From Crocosphaera subtropica ATCC 51142 (lineage in GTDB: Bacteria; Cyanobacteriota; Cyanobacteriia; Cyanobacteriales; Microcystaceae), in NCBI RefSeq assembly GCF_000017845.1, contig NC_010546.1:3390001-3422000 (forward strand): a stretch of DNA of 32,000 bases. The letters run 5' to 3'. Shown here one piece after another: positions 9,214 to 18,492 of this stretch. Each line of letters begins with the position of its first letter. Within the stretch, counting starts at the first letter, position 1. A program made the position numbers and the translations under genes. The notes under the pieces were generated by a model, which was not told where the DNA came from, ran no database searches, and was given only the letters and a program-made list of their open reading frames with translations.

Positions 9214-10488
9214 TTATTTACGTTGTTTTGCTGCTGCTTGGAAACAGTTAATATACTGTTGATATCCGCCAGGGAAAGCAATATTTAAAGTTAAGGGATC
9301 ATCTTCATCTCTAGGATCGCCGGGGCCCTCGATAACATAAGTTTGACCATTGTTTTCTTCTAGTTTAAGAGGTTTTCTGTTCTTAACTTCCCCTGCACTA
9401 CTATCAATATAAACTATCAGATTACCAGTGTTAAATTCTTGGCCAATTTCTTGAATAAGTTGTAAAAATCCGCGATCGCTTCCTCCTCTACCAAAACTTA
9501 GTTTTCCATTATTTTTTACTGCTTTACTGGTAACAGTATCCCCTACACCGACAATGGTTGGCATTTGTTCAGGATCAAAATTATCTTTAATTAAAGCAAC
9601 TAATTGATGATGGTTTCGTGGTGCATTTCTCACACTAAAATCTTCTCCTAGGGGATAGTTTCCCGTACGTTGATAATAGTAACGGTTCAAAATTCCTAAG
9701 ACTCCAACCTCTTTAATGCCTCCTTTTAACATAAATTGAAAGTCAGTGGTTCCTGAGTCTTTCCCCTTAGCTTCTTGCATAATTTCTTGTCCTTTTTCAT
9801 CCCTTCCTAAGTTGGGTGCATAATGAATAAAAAAGGAATCTTCTAACCCTTCGTTACCAGCTTTTGCTAATAAATCATCCATTAATTGTTTAATATGTTG
9901 TTGCAGTTGAAAATAATAATCTTCTTCTTCAATAAATACCTCATGAAAGACGTTTAAGTTGGCCGTGGGAGACACTTTATTATCTAAGATGGATGCTTGA
10001 ATATAATTAGCGATCGCAGTATCATCTAAATTGGGATTATTGTTAGCAAAAAAGTCTTTAAAACTTCCTTCAATATACTGAGGAACCCTTGCTAAAAAGT
10101 CTAATTCTTTATCACTAACCCCAGGGTGAGAAACCTCACCATGACAATCTTGCCATTGTACTCCACCTCCTGCTAAACCAGGTAAATAAAACCCTTTTTC
10201 TTTGACTAAATTCGGATCACCATAGGCCCGTTCTATAATTAAATTAACCCCACGTTTTCCGATATGTTCCCCATTGGTCAATACATAAAAATGTCCATTA
10301 AATGATCGGGTTGCTTCGATATAATTACTATCCATCACTCTGGTTAAAGGATCTTTAACTAACCCCATACAAACCCCATCAAGGTCTTGTATAATTAATA
10401 AGTTAGGTTCATTGGCTAATACATTGATTAATCCTTCATGATCCAAGGATAAAGTACGTTCATGGAGGGGTAAAGAAGACATAGACAT
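9214..10488 (-). CDS. stpA: glucosylglycerol-phosphate phosphatase-like protein (StpA/GgpP type)
   Basis: The 424-aa product contains LLIIQDLDGVCM, FYVLTNGEHIGKRGV and YLPGLAGGGVQWQD. It matches my recollection of Synechocystis StpA in both length and N-terminal motifs. I could not align it here. Confidence 0.65.
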   Translation of the reverse strand: MSMSSLPLHERTLSLDHEGLINVLANEPNLLIIQDLDGVCMGLVKDPLTRVMDSNYIEATRSFNGHFYVLTNGEHIGKRGVNLIIERAYGDPNLVKEKGFYLPGLAGGGVQWQDCHGEVSHPGVSDKELDFLARVPQYIEGSFKDFFANNNPNLDDTAIANYIQASILDNKVSPTANLNVFHEVFIEEEDYYFQLQQHIKQLMDDLLAKAGNEGLEDSFFIHYAPNLGRDEKGQEIMQEAKGKDSGTTDFQFMLKGGIKEVGVLGILNRYYYQRTGNYPLGEDFSVRNAPRNHHQLVALIKDNFDPEQMPTIVGVGDTVTSKAVKNNGKLSFGRGGSDRGFLQLIQEIGQEFNTGNLIVYIDSSAGEVKNRKPLKLEENNGQTYVIEGPGDPRDEDDPLTLNIAFPGGYQQYINCFQAAAKQRK

Positions 10489-10764
10489 GATTACGTTAAA
10501 ATTAGAATTCTACAAAGCGATGCTAAAGGCACACTACGCGCACGCAAAGTCTTAAAATTGTTTTTATTGTATCAGAAAATGGTTTTTAAATACTTGTAAC
10601 TAGCAAAAATTACTTATTTTTTCTTAAGAAGATTATTGTTAGGTTAAAGTTATAATAATAAATCATAGCTGATTACATTTCTTGATCAGGATATTTGCTT
10701 CTAAAAGCTTGCCTTTTCAAGAAAATCGTTTTTTTAGAAGTTGGTAACGTATAATTACCAAAAA

Positions 10765-10799
10765 CTTCTGACTTCTGACTTCTAACTTCTGACTTTTTT
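10765..10799. repeat. tandem heptamer repeat (CTTCTGA x about 5), STRR-like
   Basis: The run reads cttctga cttctga cttctaa cttctga ctttttt and ends directly upstream of the hisC ATG (10802). Confidence 0.8.
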
Positions 10800-10801
10800 A
10801 T

Positions 10802-11848
10802 ATGTTACCCATTAGAGACTGTGTTCAACAAACCCCTGGTTATGTCCCTGGAGAACAACCCCAAACCACAGATTATATTAAATTAAATACTAATGAAAAT
10901 CCCTATGCCCCTCCTGATGAAATCTTTAATAATTTAGAAGAAGAATTAAAGAAAGTTAGGTTATATCCTGACCCCGTTTCGACTAAACTCCGTAAAGCAG
11001 CCGGTGAGGTGTTTGGCTTTTCTTATGAGCAAATTTTAGCGGGAAATGGTTCCGATGATATCTTAAATATTGCCTTAAGAACGTTTGTTAACCCTGGGGA
11101 AACTGTCGCATTTTTAGATCTCACTTACTCCTTATATGAAACCATTGCTAAAGTACATGGGGCAACCATTCAAACCATTTCAACGAATGAAAATTTTGAG
11201 TTAGATAGTCCTTTAATTTGTCCTGAAGCAAAACTAATTTTTGTCGCTTCTCCTAACCCTCCTCTCGGCAAACATTTAAACCGTCAATATCTTAAAGAAA
11301 CTTGTGAGCAAGCAACAGGTGTTGTCTTAATTGACGAAGCTTATGTAGATTTTTCTGACGAAGATCACTGGGATTTTATTAAAGAATATGATAATGTAAT
11401 TGTTTCTCGTACTATGTCCAAAAGCTATAGTTTAGCAGGAATGCGGGTGGGTTTTGGAATTAGTTCTAGAGAAATTATTGAACAAATGAATAAGGTAAGA
11501 GACTCTTATAATTTAGATAGAATTGCTCAGACATTAGGGGCTAATTGTTTTCAGTTTCAAGACTATTTTCAAAGTATTTGGCAAAAAGTTAGAACGACTA
11601 GAAACCGTTTAATTGCTTCCTTGAGAAACTTAGACTTTTTTGTGTTTGACTCCGATGCTAACTTTGTCCTTGCGTCTCCTCAATGGATAGAAGCATCAGA
11701 CTTATATACTAAACTAAAAGAGAGAAAAGTCTTAGTGAGATACTTTAAACATCCTCGCATTAGTAACTATATCAGAATCACAGTAGGAACCGATGCAGAA
11801 ATTGACCGCTTATTAGAAGTAATTAAACAGTTAAAAAATGAATCATGA
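10802..11848 (+). CDS. hisC: histidinol-phosphate aminotransferase
   Basis: The 348-aa class-II aminotransferase has IKLNTNENPY, YPDP, GNGSDD, DEAYVDF and the PLP-lysine context SRTMSKSYSLAGMRVG. Confidence 0.85.
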   Translation: MLPIRDCVQQTPGYVPGEQPQTTDYIKLNTNENPYAPPDEIFNNLEEELKKVRLYPDPVSTKLRKAAGEVFGFSYEQILAGNGSDDILNIALRTFVNPGETVAFLDLTYSLYETIAKVHGATIQTISTNENFELDSPLICPEAKLIFVASPNPPLGKHLNRQYLKETCEQATGVVLIDEAYVDFSDEDHWDFIKEYDNVIVSRTMSKSYSLAGMRVGFGISSREIIEQMNKVRDSYNLDRIAQTLGANCFQFQDYFQSIWQKVRTTRNRLIASLRNLDFFVFDSDANFVLASPQWIEASDLYTKLKERKVLVRYFKHPRISNYIRITVGTDAEIDRLLEVIKQLKNES

Positions 11849-12659
11849 AACTTTAGATATAAGAGTAACTTTAGCTAACAAATTAGCCGACGTATCTGGG
11901 AATATTATTAAACAGTATTTTCGTCAAAGTAATCTAGCGTCAGAAACGAAAATAACCGAAGTTTCCTCGATAGTTACCATTGCCGATCGCCTAGCAGAAA
12001 ATGCGATGGTGGATCTGATCAAAAAAGAATGTCCTGATGATGGCATTATTAGAGAAGAAGGAGAGAATATCAACTCCAATAATGGTTATGCGTGGGTACT
12101 CGATCCTATTGATGGAACTTCTTCTTTTGTCAAAGGTTTACCCATTTTTGGCACATTGATCGGTTTAGTTGACCTTAAGAATAACTTATCTTTATTGGGT
12201 TGTGTCAACCAACCCATTTTGCAAGAAAGATGGTTAGGAATAAGAGGCAAACCCACTATTTTTAATGATAAAATTATCAATAATCCCTACAAAAATAACC
12301 ATGATTATCCTTTAGCAAAAGCCTGTCTAACTTCTACAACTCCCCTGATGTTTATTACTCTCCGTCAACAAGCGATCGCTTCTCATTTACAAACGGTGTG
12401 TCGTCGGATAAGTTTTGGGGGAGATTGTTACAATTATGTATCATTGGCTATGGGTTGGACGGCTATGCCCATAATTGTTTTAGAATCAGACTTAAAATAC
12501 TACGATTTTTGTGCCTTAATTCCTATCATAGAAGGGGTTGGCGGAATCATTACAGACTGGACAGGAAATGCTCTTAATAGCCATTCTACAGAAGTTTTGG
12601 CAGCTTCTAACCTAAACTTACATCAACAAGCTTTAAACGTTATTTTAAGCCAAGGTTGA
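11838..12659 (+). CDS. inositol monophosphatase-family phosphatase (candidate histidinol-phosphatase HisN type)
   Basis: The IMPase motifs EEG...WVLDPIDGTSSFVKGLPIFGTLIGL are present. The start overlaps the hisC stop by 11 nt, which suggests translational coupling. Confidence 0.75.
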   Translation: MNHETLDIRVTLANKLADVSGNIIKQYFRQSNLASETKITEVSSIVTIADRLAENAMVDLIKKECPDDGIIREEGENINSNNGYAWVLDPIDGTSSFVKGLPIFGTLIGLVDLKNNLSLLGCVNQPILQERWLGIRGKPTIFNDKIINNPYKNNHDYPLAKACLTSTTPLMFITLRQQAIASHLQTVCRRISFGGDCYNYVSLAMGWTAMPIIVLESDLKYYDFCALIPIIEGVGGIITDWTGNALNSHSTEVLAASNLNLHQQALNVILSQG

Positions 12660-12716
12660 ATAAGATATGATATAGTTTAAATCAGTTTTTCATACAACAC
12701 AATTAAGCGTTTTTTT

Positions 12717-13001
12717 ATGACATCTTCTACTACCGGTGCTGATGCAGTTGATCAAGCAATTGCTCAAGGAATTGATTTAGACGGAACACCTATCCCATCT
12801 AACAAATTAGACCTATATAATGAAGTTATGGCTTTAGAAGGGCAACGTCAACGTAGTGGTGTTACGAATACCATGCGTTCTCGTATCATCCGAATTGGTG
12901 CAAAACATCTGTCTCTTGAAGAACTTAATCAACGTTTAATTTCCGCAGAATTTATTCCACTCAAAGATAAAGAAATTGCCTTTTACTACGGAGGAAAATA
13001 A
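12717..13001 (+). CDS. conserved-looking hypothetical protein (94 aa)
   Basis: A clean ORF with ordinary amino-acid composition and no competing frame. I do not recognise the family. Confidence 0.5.
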   Translation: MTSSTTGADAVDQAIAQGIDLDGTPIPSNKLDLYNEVMALEGQRQRSGVTNTMRSRIIRIGAKHLSLEELNQRLISAEFIPLKDKEIAFYYGGK

Positions 13002-13020
13002 TCAAAACAGAGGGGGTAAA

Positions 13021-13773
13021 TTATTTAATAAAGACCATTTCCTTTTCATTGGATAAACTGTCATCATAATGATATCCTAAACCGTTGTAATCTTTAAGTT
13101 TTGAGGAATCATCAATTTTATTTTCTATGATCCAGTTTGTCATTAATCCTCTACTTTTTTTAGCTATAATACCAATGGTTTTTAGTTTACCGTTTCTCAT
13201 TTCTTTAAAAGAAACTTTGAAGATAGGATAATTAAACTTTTCATTTTTAATCATACGAGAATACTCATCAGAAGCTAAATTAAGTAATACTTGATTATTA
13301 TGTTGTTCTAATTCATTATTTAATTTTTCAGTTACTTTCTCCTCCCAAAACTGATATAGATTATCATTATTTTCTGTTTTTAAACAAGTATTCATTTCTA
13401 AGCGATAAGGACTAATTTGATCCAGGGGTCTTAAAATTCCATATAATCCTGATATAATTCTTACATGGTTTTGAGCAAATAAATAATCATTCTTATTAAA
13501 CTTATTCAATTGTAATTGTTTAAATACATCCCCACGATAAGCTAAAATAGAAGCCTGTTTTTCACTCGTATTAAATGATTGAAATCGCTGATAATTTAAG
13601 TTAGCTAATGATTCACTAACCTTTAGTAATTTTTCTAAGTCTTTCTCAGAGAATTTTTGAAGTAAGTCAACTAAAAACTCACCCTCTTTTTTAAAAATAG
13701 GTTCTGTGATTTTAGGAACAGTAAAAGCATCATCAAACACCAAAGTTTTAGCTGAAGAAAGAATTAAAAGCAT
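13021..13773 (-). CDS. yaaA: YaaA-family peroxide stress protein (UPF0246/DUF328)
   Basis: The N-terminal MLLILSSAKTL, the YRGDVF and ISGLYGILRPLD...PYRLEM motifs, and the 250-aa length all fit YaaA. Confidence 0.85.
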   Translation of the reverse strand: MLLILSSAKTLVFDDAFTVPKITEPIFKKEGEFLVDLLQKFSEKDLEKLLKVSESLANLNYQRFQSFNTSEKQASILAYRGDVFKQLQLNKFNKNDYLFAQNHVRIISGLYGILRPLDQISPYRLEMNTCLKTENNDNLYQFWEEKVTEKLNNELEQHNNQVLLNLASDEYSRMIKNEKFNYPIFKVSFKEMRNGKLKTIGIIAKKSRGLMTNWIIENKIDDSSKLKDYNGLGYHYDDSLSNEKEMVFIK

Positions 13774-13888
13774 GGTAGTAAGTATTAAGAAAAATCGAAT
13801 GTTTCTATAATTAAATTGTTATGCGTTGGTTAATCAGCTTATTGTCCAAAACCCTTTTTTTAAATAACCTTATCAAAGAGATAGTAAA

Positions 13889-14359
13889 TTATATTAAGGA
13901 TGGATACCAATCATCGTCTAATATTTGTTCAATTGTCAATGGGCATTTTAAGGGTAAATTAAAAGATAAATTAGCACTTTCAGCTTTTAAGTTTACCTGT
14001 TTCAAAGCTTTATTATAATTCTTGTCAAGATTATTTTCAAAATGCTGATCATAATTTTTAGAATCTAAAAAATCAGATAAATCATTTCTAAAATTATTGA
14101 TCTCAATCTTCCAACCAGAGAGATAAAAGTCTCGATTAATAGTCCAATAAGCATATAATAATAAATGAATCAATAATTGACGAGTCAGACTGTTAATTGC
14201 TCTTTTATCACTAACTCCCAATGATTCTATTTCCTCTTGTAAGTTACTCCAATCTAAAGCACTAACATCTTTATTTTTGAGTGCGATCACTTGTTGATCA
14301 ACCCATTCTCCAAAGTCTAATTCATATAAGGTTTTATTGTCTTTTTCTACACTTCTCAT
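13889..14359 (-). CDS. DUF29 domain protein
   Basis: LYELDFGEWVDQQVIALKNKDVSALDWSNLQEEIESLGVSDKRAINSLTRQLLIHLLLYAYW fits the DUF29 pattern that is common in cyanobacteria. Confidence 0.8.
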   Translation of the reverse strand: MRSVEKDNKTLYELDFGEWVDQQVIALKNKDVSALDWSNLQEEIESLGVSDKRAINSLTRQLLIHLLLYAYWTINRDFYLSGWKIEINNFRNDLSDFLDSKNYDQHFENNLDKNYNKALKQVNLKAESANLSFNLPLKCPLTIEQILDDDWYPSLI

Positions 14360-14633
14360 AAAGATATTTTCTTGCTAAATAGTATGTTGAGCTAGTTTGA
14401 AATCTACTTTTTTATTAAAGTTATCGTCAACTCAATTTATTGTATCATATCAAAAGTTCTAAATGTTAGGAAAAGATTGCAATTGCTACTCAAGTGAAGC
14501 GATCGCAACTTAGTCGCCATAAATAAATGTTCGTGCTTCTGAAACTTTTGTACCCCTAAAGGAGTCGTAACTTGTTAAACTAGATAGATCAGGTATGATT
14601 ATAGTCTGCAATTAGATTATCCCTACCGCGCCT

Positions 14634-17600
14634 ATGGTTCATGTTAAGCGCATCGAATTATCTCATTTTAAATCCTTTGGTGGCACCACTGCCATTCCTT
14701 TTTTGCCTGGGTTTACTGTCGTATCAGGTCCCAATGGATCGGGTAAATCTAATATACTCGATGCTTTGTTATTTTGCTTGGGGTTGGCTACCTCTAAGGG
14801 AATGCGGGCCGAACGATTACCGGATTTAATTAATCATAATCATAGCAATAATCGTAAGACTCAGGAGGCTTATGTTTCTGTTACTTTCGATGTGTCTGAT
14901 CTAACGGACCTAGAAGAATTTAGTCGAGATAATCCTCCTGTTACTAAGATAGCATTAACCGAAGAAAATAACAATAATGCTAAGGAAAATCAGACAGAAG
15001 AAACCCACATAGAAAATAGTTTAATTACTAGCAGTGAGTGGACGGTTACTCGACGGTTACGAGTGACAAAAGGAGGAAGTTATTCCTCAACTTATTATAT
15101 TAATGAGCAACCTTGTAATGTTAGTCAACTTCATGAACAATTAAACCGTTTAAGAATTTATCCTGAAGGCTATAATGTGGTGTTGCAAGGGGATGTAACC
15201 CGTATTATTAGTATGAATGGGAAAGAAAGAAGAAATATTATTGATGAATTAGCTGGTGTTGCAGAATTTGATCGCAAAATAGAAAAAACAAAAGAAACCT
15301 TAGAAGAAGTTAGGGAAAGAGAAGAACGCTGTCAAATTATTGAAACTGAGTTAAAACGGTCTTTAGAACGGTTAGCGGCTGATAAAATTAAAGCAGAAAA
15401 ATATAAAAAATTAAAACAACAAATCCAAGAAAAACAAGGATGGGAAACGGTCTTAAGTTGGAAGTTATTACAGCAAAAAATCTCTCGCCTACAAACTCAA
15501 ATTACTACAGGAGAACAGGAAGAACAAAAATTAAATCAAGGAATTAATGAACTGGCTGAAAAAATAAAAGAAAATACGGCTAAACTCGAAGACTTAAACC
15601 GTCAGGTAAAAGCATTAGGAGAAGATGAACAGTTAACCGTTGCATCTCAGTTAGCGACACAAAAAGCACAACGTAATCAACGTCAACAAAAACAACAAGA
15701 GTTAGACAATCTTATTCAACAAACAGAACAAGAAATAAAAGAAACTGAAATAATTATCACCCAACAAAAACAAAGCTTATCTCAACTTACCGAAGATAGT
15801 AATAGTCTGCAACAAGAAACTTTACCCCTCTTAAAAGAACAAAGAGATCGCACTTATCACACCCTAGAAATGGTCAGAAAACAAGCAGCAGCCATTGCAG
15901 AAGCATCAGACGCGTGGGTACAAGAACAAGCAAAATTAAGCCGTCAAATTTCTACATTACAAGATACCTTAAACCCTCAGCTAACCCAACAGGCACAGCT
16001 AACAGAACGTTATCAACAGTTACAAAATAATATTAGTGATGAAACACAGCAATTAGAAAATATTGAAGTAGAATTAAACGACCAACAGCAAGAATCTAAG
16101 GGTCTATCCATTCCCCATGAAGAAAAAATACAACAATTAGCCCAACAACTAGCCACCGCAGAACAAGATAAAAGTATCCTCGAAGAAACCCAAATCCGTC
16201 TCGATAAAGAATACCGACAAAAACAACGACAATTAGATCGCTTAGAAGCTTCTCAACAAGCACAACAAGAAGCCCAAGGAACCTATGCCACCCAACTTAT
16301 TTTAAACTCTGATTTACCTGGAGTTTGCGGTTTGGTAGCACAATTAGGACAGGTTAAACCGACGTATCAATTAGCTCTAGAAATTGCTGCCGGATCACGA
16401 TTAGGTTATGTTGTAGTTGAAGATGATACGATCGCTGCTGCAGGAATTAAGCTGTTAAAACAAGGAAAAGCAGGACGAGCAACCTTTTTACCGTTAACAA
16501 AAATTAGACCCTATCGTGGACAAACCGATAATAGTTTACGCCATGCACAAGGGTTTATTGATTTAGCGGTTAATTTAGTGCTTTGTCGCCCTGAACATGA
16601 AAAAATTTTTTCCTACGTTTTTGGGAATACCGTTGTGTTTGAAACCTTAAATGATGCCAGACACCACTTAGGAAAACAACGCATTGTTACCTTAGAGGGA
16701 GACTTATTAGAAACCAGTGGGGCGATGACAGGAGGAAGTCGTCCTAAACGTTCATCAATTCGTTTTGGAACCTTAGTGCAAGGAGAATCTCACGAAATTA
16801 AATCCTTGAAACAAAGATTAACTGATTTAGAAGAGTTACTATCTCGTAACTTAGAAAAATTACAACAAAAATCTGAGCAAATTAAACAATTATCCCACGA
16901 GTTAACCGAAGCAAGACAAAGCGGAAGAGAACAACAATTAAAACGGGAACAGTTAGACAAAGAAATACAACGATTAACCACACAACAACAAAAGTTAAGT
17001 CTACAGTTATCTCGTCATAAACAAGAAGCAGAAACCTTAGACAGTCAATTAAAAATTATGGCTGCTGAAATTCCCCCCTTAACCACAGAATTACAACAAA
17101 AACAAGACAGACTAAGAAAATTAGAAGAATCTCATACTCATAGCGAATGGCAAGAAATTCAAACCCTAATCAAAAGCCAAGAAACCCAACTCCAAGAAAG
17201 AGAAAACGAACTGCGTCAAGGAGAGAATAAAAGACAAGAAATTGAGCGTCAACTGTCTTCTTTAGAGGAAAAAATCAAAGAAAATCAAGACAAAATAAAG
17301 GCACAAAGAGAGCAAATTGTAAAGTTAAATAATGATAAGATTGAGATCGCAGAACAGCTAGAAACTCTTAATGATAAAATTAGTAATTTAGAAAGATTAT
17401 TAGAAGAATTAACCCAAAAATTAGGAGAAACCAAAAAAGAACGGGACAACACAGAAGAACAGTTAAAAACAGTACAAAAAAATCATCAACAAAAAATCTG
17501 GAACTTAGAGAAATTACAAACCACACAACAAGAAAGAAAAGAAACCTTAATAACCTTACAAGAAGAACAAGAAAGCCAACAAGAGGAATTACCTGACCCC

Positions 17601-18299
17601 TTACCCGAAGTCCCCTTACTCTCAGAAATTGATGAAAATACCACAGATTTAACCCCTCATATTGAACAACTACAACAAGATATTCGTAACGGACAAAAAT
17701 GCTTAGAAGCCATGGAACCCGTTAATATGTTGGCCTTAGAAGAACATCAAAAAACCCAAGAAAGATTAAACGAACTCACCGAAAAATTGACTACCATTCA
17801 AGGAGAAAGAACCGAATTATTATTAAGAATCGAAAACTTTACCACCTTAAGATTTAGGTCTTTTAAAGAATCTTTTGATGCGGTTAATGAGAACTTTAAA
17901 AACATATTTGAAACCCTTTCTCAAGGGGATGGATACTTACAGTTAGAAAACGAAGAAGACCCCTTTCAAGGGGGATTAAATCTCGTTGCACATCCTAAAG
18001 GAAAGCCCGTACAACGGTTAAGTTCTATGTCAGGGGGAGAAAAATCCTTAACCGCTTTAAGCTTTATTTTTGCCCTACAAAGATATCGTCCTTCTCCTTT
18101 TTACGCCTTTGATGAAGTAGATATGTTTTTAGATGGAGCTAATGTAGAAAGACTCTCAAAAATGATTCAACAACAAGCACAACAAGCACAGTTTATTGTC
18201 GTTAGTTTACGTCGTCCTATGATTGAAGCCTCCCAAAGAACTATCGGTGTAACCCAAGCTAGAGGGGCTTATACTCAGGTTTTGGGCATTAAAATATAA
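14634..18299 (+). CDS. smc: chromosome segregation protein SMC
   Basis: The 1221-aa product has Walker A GPNGSGKSN, long Q/E/K-rich coiled coils, a hinge (GVCGLVAQLG...AGRATFLPL), the signature LSSMSGGEKSLTALSF and Walker B FYAFDEVDMFLD. Confidence 0.95.
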   Translation: MVHVKRIELSHFKSFGGTTAIPFLPGFTVVSGPNGSGKSNILDALLFCLGLATSKGMRAERLPDLINHNHSNNRKTQEAYVSVTFDVSDLTDLEEFSRDNPPVTKIALTEENNNNAKENQTEETHIENSLITSSEWTVTRRLRVTKGGSYSSTYYINEQPCNVSQLHEQLNRLRIYPEGYNVVLQGDVTRIISMNGKERRNIIDELAGVAEFDRKIEKTKETLEEVREREERCQIIETELKRSLERLAADKIKAEKYKKLKQQIQEKQGWETVLSWKLLQQKISRLQTQITTGEQEEQKLNQGINELAEKIKENTAKLEDLNRQVKALGEDEQLTVASQLATQKAQRNQRQQKQQELDNLIQQTEQEIKETEIIITQQKQSLSQLTEDSNSLQQETLPLLKEQRDRTYHTLEMVRKQAAAIAEASDAWVQEQAKLSRQISTLQDTLNPQLTQQAQLTERYQQLQNNISDETQQLENIEVELNDQQQESKGLSIPHEEKIQQLAQQLATAEQDKSILEETQIRLDKEYRQKQRQLDRLEASQQAQQEAQGTYATQLILNSDLPGVCGLVAQLGQVKPTYQLALEIAAGSRLGYVVVEDDTIAAAGIKLLKQGKAGRATFLPLTKIRPYRGQTDNSLRHAQGFIDLAVNLVLCRPEHEKIFSYVFGNTVVFETLNDARHHLGKQRIVTLEGDLLETSGAMTGGSRPKRSSIRFGTLVQGESHEIKSLKQRLTDLEELLSRNLEKLQQKSEQIKQLSHELTEARQSGREQQLKREQLDKEIQRLTTQQQKLSLQLSRHKQEAETLDSQLKIMAAEIPPLTTELQQKQDRLRKLEESHTHSEWQEIQTLIKSQETQLQERENELRQGENKRQEIERQLSSLEEKIKENQDKIKAQREQIVKLNNDKIEIAEQLETLNDKISNLERLLEELTQKLGETKKERDNTEEQLKTVQKNHQQKIWNLEKLQTTQQERKETLITLQEEQESQQEELPDPLPEVPLLSEIDENTTDLTPHIEQLQQDIRNGQKCLEAMEPVNMLALEEHQKTQERLNELTEKLTTIQGERTELLLRIENFTTLRFRSFKESFDAVNENFKNIFETLSQGDGYLQLENEEDPFQGGLNLVAHPKGKPVQRLSSMSGGEKSLTALSFIFALQRYRPSPFYAFDEVDMFLDGANVERLSKMIQQQAQQAQFIVVSLRRPMIEASQRTIGVTQARGAYTQVLGIKI

Positions 18300-18324
18300 A
18301 AAAATCAAAGCATAAATAATCACC

Positions 18325-18359
18325 CCGAACTCCTAACTCCTAACACCGAACTCAGATTC
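18325..18359. repeat. degenerate tandem heptamer repeat (CCKAACT-like x about 5), STRR-like
   Basis: The run reads ccgaact cctaact cctaaca ccgaact cagattc and starts about 25 nt after the smc stop. Confidence 0.7.
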
Positions 18360-18492
18360 ATTTACCATTGCTCATTTTTGCTAGTATCGTTAAATTGTAA
18401 TTGTGACAAATGTTACTATTTCCTAACATGGAATCTACTTTCCATAATTATGCGTCACCTTTTTTAAAATCCTATTAACCATAAAAATACCG

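Noticed and set aside
10765-10799. The heptamer arrays (here and at 18325-18359) as a possible CRISPR array or minisatellite-encoded peptide.
   Set aside because: The units are 7 nt with no spacers and are far too short for CRISPR. The arrays lie outside the coding frames.
12086-12280. A minus-strand 64-aa ORF within the IMPase-family gene.
   Set aside because: It is an antisense shadow ORF. The plus frame carries the IMPase motifs.
13821-14018. A plus-strand 65-aa ORF.
   Set aside because: It overlaps the 3' end of the DUF29 gene in antisense and has no motifs or RBS.
14641-16981. ORFs 14641-14829 (+) and 16790-16981 (-) within smc.
   Set aside because: One is an out-of-frame and the other an antisense overlap of a clearly identified SMC coding frame.
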